From NCBI GenBank assembly GCA_029254005.1, contig JAQWYJ010000013.1, positions 23,630 through 87,629 of the forward strand: 64,000 nt of DNA, read 5' to 3'. Numbering within the stretch: position 1 is the stretch's first letter; each line of letters starts with the position of its first letter. This document shows, piece by piece, positions 62,384 through 64,000 of this stretch. Source of the stretch: Porticoccaceae bacterium. GTDB lineage: Bacteria; Pseudomonadota; Gammaproteobacteria; Pseudomonadales; Porticoccaceae. Made by a program: the position numbers and the translations under genes. Below the pieces are notes generated by a model. It had not been told where the DNA came from and searched no databases. It saw nothing but the letters and a program-made list of their open reading frames with translations.

Positions 62384-63850
62384 TTGTTCGTGGAAAATAC
62401 CTTCTCTAGCTGCGGACACTTACCTATGCCGTTTATACCAAGATCAGTGCCGACTTTAAAGTCAGTAAAAAGCTCAAATTTCTTTCACGATGCTCGTGCC
62501 ATCATGCGTCTGGCCGGGCCACTTATCATTGGGCAGATCGCAGTTGTGGGAATGACCGTAACTGATATCTATGTTGCTGGGCAGGTAAATGCAGATACCC
62601 TTGCTGCACTGCAATTAGGCGGTAGTATTTGGTCAATGATAAATCTTATAGTGATTGGTGTTATGATCGCCAATAGTCCAATTATTGGAAATCACTGGGG
62701 TGCTCAAGCGCTTGTTAAGGTACGTTTTCAATTTCAACAAATAATATGGTTAGCCTTACCTATCGGCATAATGACCGTCGGTGCGGTTCTGGGAGGTATT
62801 AGGGCACTAGCTTATTTGGAGGTAACTGAAAATGTCTACCAAATAGCCAAAAACTATCTCTATCCATTTGTGATAACGGGCTTTATGTTTCCAGCTTTTT
62901 TTGCCTTTCGCACAACGTTCGAGGGAATGGGAGACACACGCCCGGTATTAATATTTAACAGCGTCGCATTTTTTCTCAACGGACTATTAGATTATGCCTT
63001 GGTTTTTGGTCACTTTGGACTACCCGCCATGGGTGGTAAAGGGGCTGCCTGGGCGACTGTAATAGTAATGGGCTTTTTACTGAGCTGCATGGCAATTTAT
63101 GCTCAGCGTTCGAAAACACTGAAAACTATTGGTTTGTACAAAGATTTTTCAGGCCCGCATCTAGCAAACCTTGTTGAAATACTGCGACTAGGAATTCCCA
63201 TCGCACTCAATATAACTGCGGAATTTAGTTTTTTTGCCATTATTCCTTTTATGATTGCTCATCTTGGGGCAGAGATCGTTGGTGCTCATGCTATTGCTAT
63301 TAACATTGATTCGCTTGCATTTATGGTACCTCTTGGTATTGCTCAAGCCTTGACCATTAAAGTTGCTCACTCTCAAGGTAGTGGCAACCCTCTGGCGGCT
63401 CGAAAGTTATGCTTAGTCGGTTTTAAGCTGGTCTTTTTATTAGCATTAGTAATGGGTGCCGCTAAAATTATATTTCGACATGACATAGCACACTTATTTA
63501 GTAGCAATGCGACAGTACAGTTACTGGCGGCCAACTTATTTCTATTTGCTGCTGCCTTGGGAGCCGTTGATTGCCTACAAATGGCCTGTAGCGGAGCCCT
63601 CAGAGGTTATAAAGATACAAGAATACCTTTGATTATTCAGGTCATTGCTTTTTGGGTAGTGGCGTTTCCTATAGCTTACACTTTAGCGCTCACCACTATT
63701 TGGGGTGAGCCTTTGGGCGTGTATGGTTTTTGGATTGGCACTATCATTGCAGCATTTATTGCAGCAGTCTGCCTAATAATACGCTGGAATGTGGTTTCAA
63801 AAACGCACATACAACTAGAAAGTCATCCTAAGGTAAACACCCCAGAGTAA
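62384..63850 (+). CDS. MATE-family efflux transporter (NorM-like)
   Basis: LAGPLIIGQIA, EGMGDTRP, GLPAMGGKGAAWAT, RLGIPIAL, FMVPLGIAQA, GALRGYKDT. True start may be 62426 or later. Confidence 0.92.
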   Translation: MFVENTFSSCGHLPMPFIPRSVPTLKSVKSSNFFHDARAIMRLAGPLIIGQIAVVGMTVTDIYVAGQVNADTLAALQLGGSIWSMINLIVIGVMIANSPIIGNHWGAQALVKVRFQFQQIIWLALPIGIMTVGAVLGGIRALAYLEVTENVYQIAKNYLYPFVITGFMFPAFFAFRTTFEGMGDTRPVLIFNSVAFFLNGLLDYALVFGHFGLPAMGGKGAAWATVIVMGFLLSCMAIYAQRSKTLKTIGLYKDFSGPHLANLVEILRLGIPIALNITAEFSFFAIIPFMIAHLGAEIVGAHAIAINIDSLAFMVPLGIAQALTIKVAHSQGSGNPLAARKLCLVGFKLVFLLALVMGAAKIIFRHDIAHLFSSNATVQLLAANLFLFAAALGAVDCLQMACSGALRGYKDTRIPLIIQVIAFWVVAFPIAYTLALTTIWGEPLGVYGFWIGTIIAAFIAAVCLIIRWNVVSKTHIQLESHPKVNTPE

Positions 63851-64000
63851 CTCTATCAAGGAAATTTAAATCTACTTCTGTTTGCACACTTGTAAAGCCA
63901 GCTGCTGAAAACAGATCGCGCACATCTGCAGCTTGCTGGTAGCCATGCTCAACTAGAAGCCAACCGGTAGGTTCCAAATAGTCTGTAGCGCAGCGAATGA
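63828..64000 (-). CDS. prmC: Release factor glutamine methyltransferase, C-terminal end (runs off window)
   Basis: IRCATDYLEPTGWLLVEHGYQQAADVRDLFSAAGFTSVQTEVDLNFLDRVTLGCLP*; missing from the ORF track. Confidence 0.88.
   Translation of the reverse strand, partial: IRCATDYLEPTGWLLVEHGYQQAADVRDLFSAAGFTSVQTEVDLNFLDRVTLGCLP

Noticed and set aside
575-63376. The many 60-140 aa ORFs nested in or antisense to well-supported genes (e.g. 2032-2367, 34093-34512, 42960-43277, 61231-61656)
   Set aside because: Shadow ORFs fully overlapping conserved genes, with no motifs of their own.

Overview
Chromosomal segment with no rRNA, CRISPR array, integrase or recognisable transposase. Gene order (rpmE-priA-SPOR; hisB-hisH divergent from asmA-mutY-yggX-tRNA-Phe; cysZ; rhlB; prmC) and gene content suggest a marine heterotrophic gammaproteobacterium, possibly Cellvibrionales/SAR92-like (inference, no database search). 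Contents: (1) a four-gene cassette with a divergent AlkB/XylM-family membrane di-iron monooxygenase whose last His box reads QxxHH, a stand-alone 2Fe-2S ferredoxin, a translationally coupled 71-aa membrane protein and an OmpW/AlkL-like porin; (2) a ~20 kb amine/peptide catabolism region (gamma-glutamylation genes, SpuC-like transaminase, gcdH plus CoA-transferase, TonB-dependent receptor, DUF885, fold-III ornithine/lysine decarboxylase, Lrp, NhaC-family transporter, animal-type glutaminyl-cyclase-like M28 enzyme, M20 hydrolase); (3) a divergent orphan trpBA pair; (4) two B12-dependent modules (split nrdJ with tandem NrdR boxes; mutase-pccBA-meaB without an epimerase); (5) several decaying genes; (6) selD-selU; (7) rhlB with a 7 x 15-bp coding tandem repeat. 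The best candidate for an undescribed system is the monooxygenase cassette, followed by the putative lysine/cadaverine-to-glutarate route and the glutaminyl-cyclase-like enzyme. All family assignments come from motif recognition by eye.
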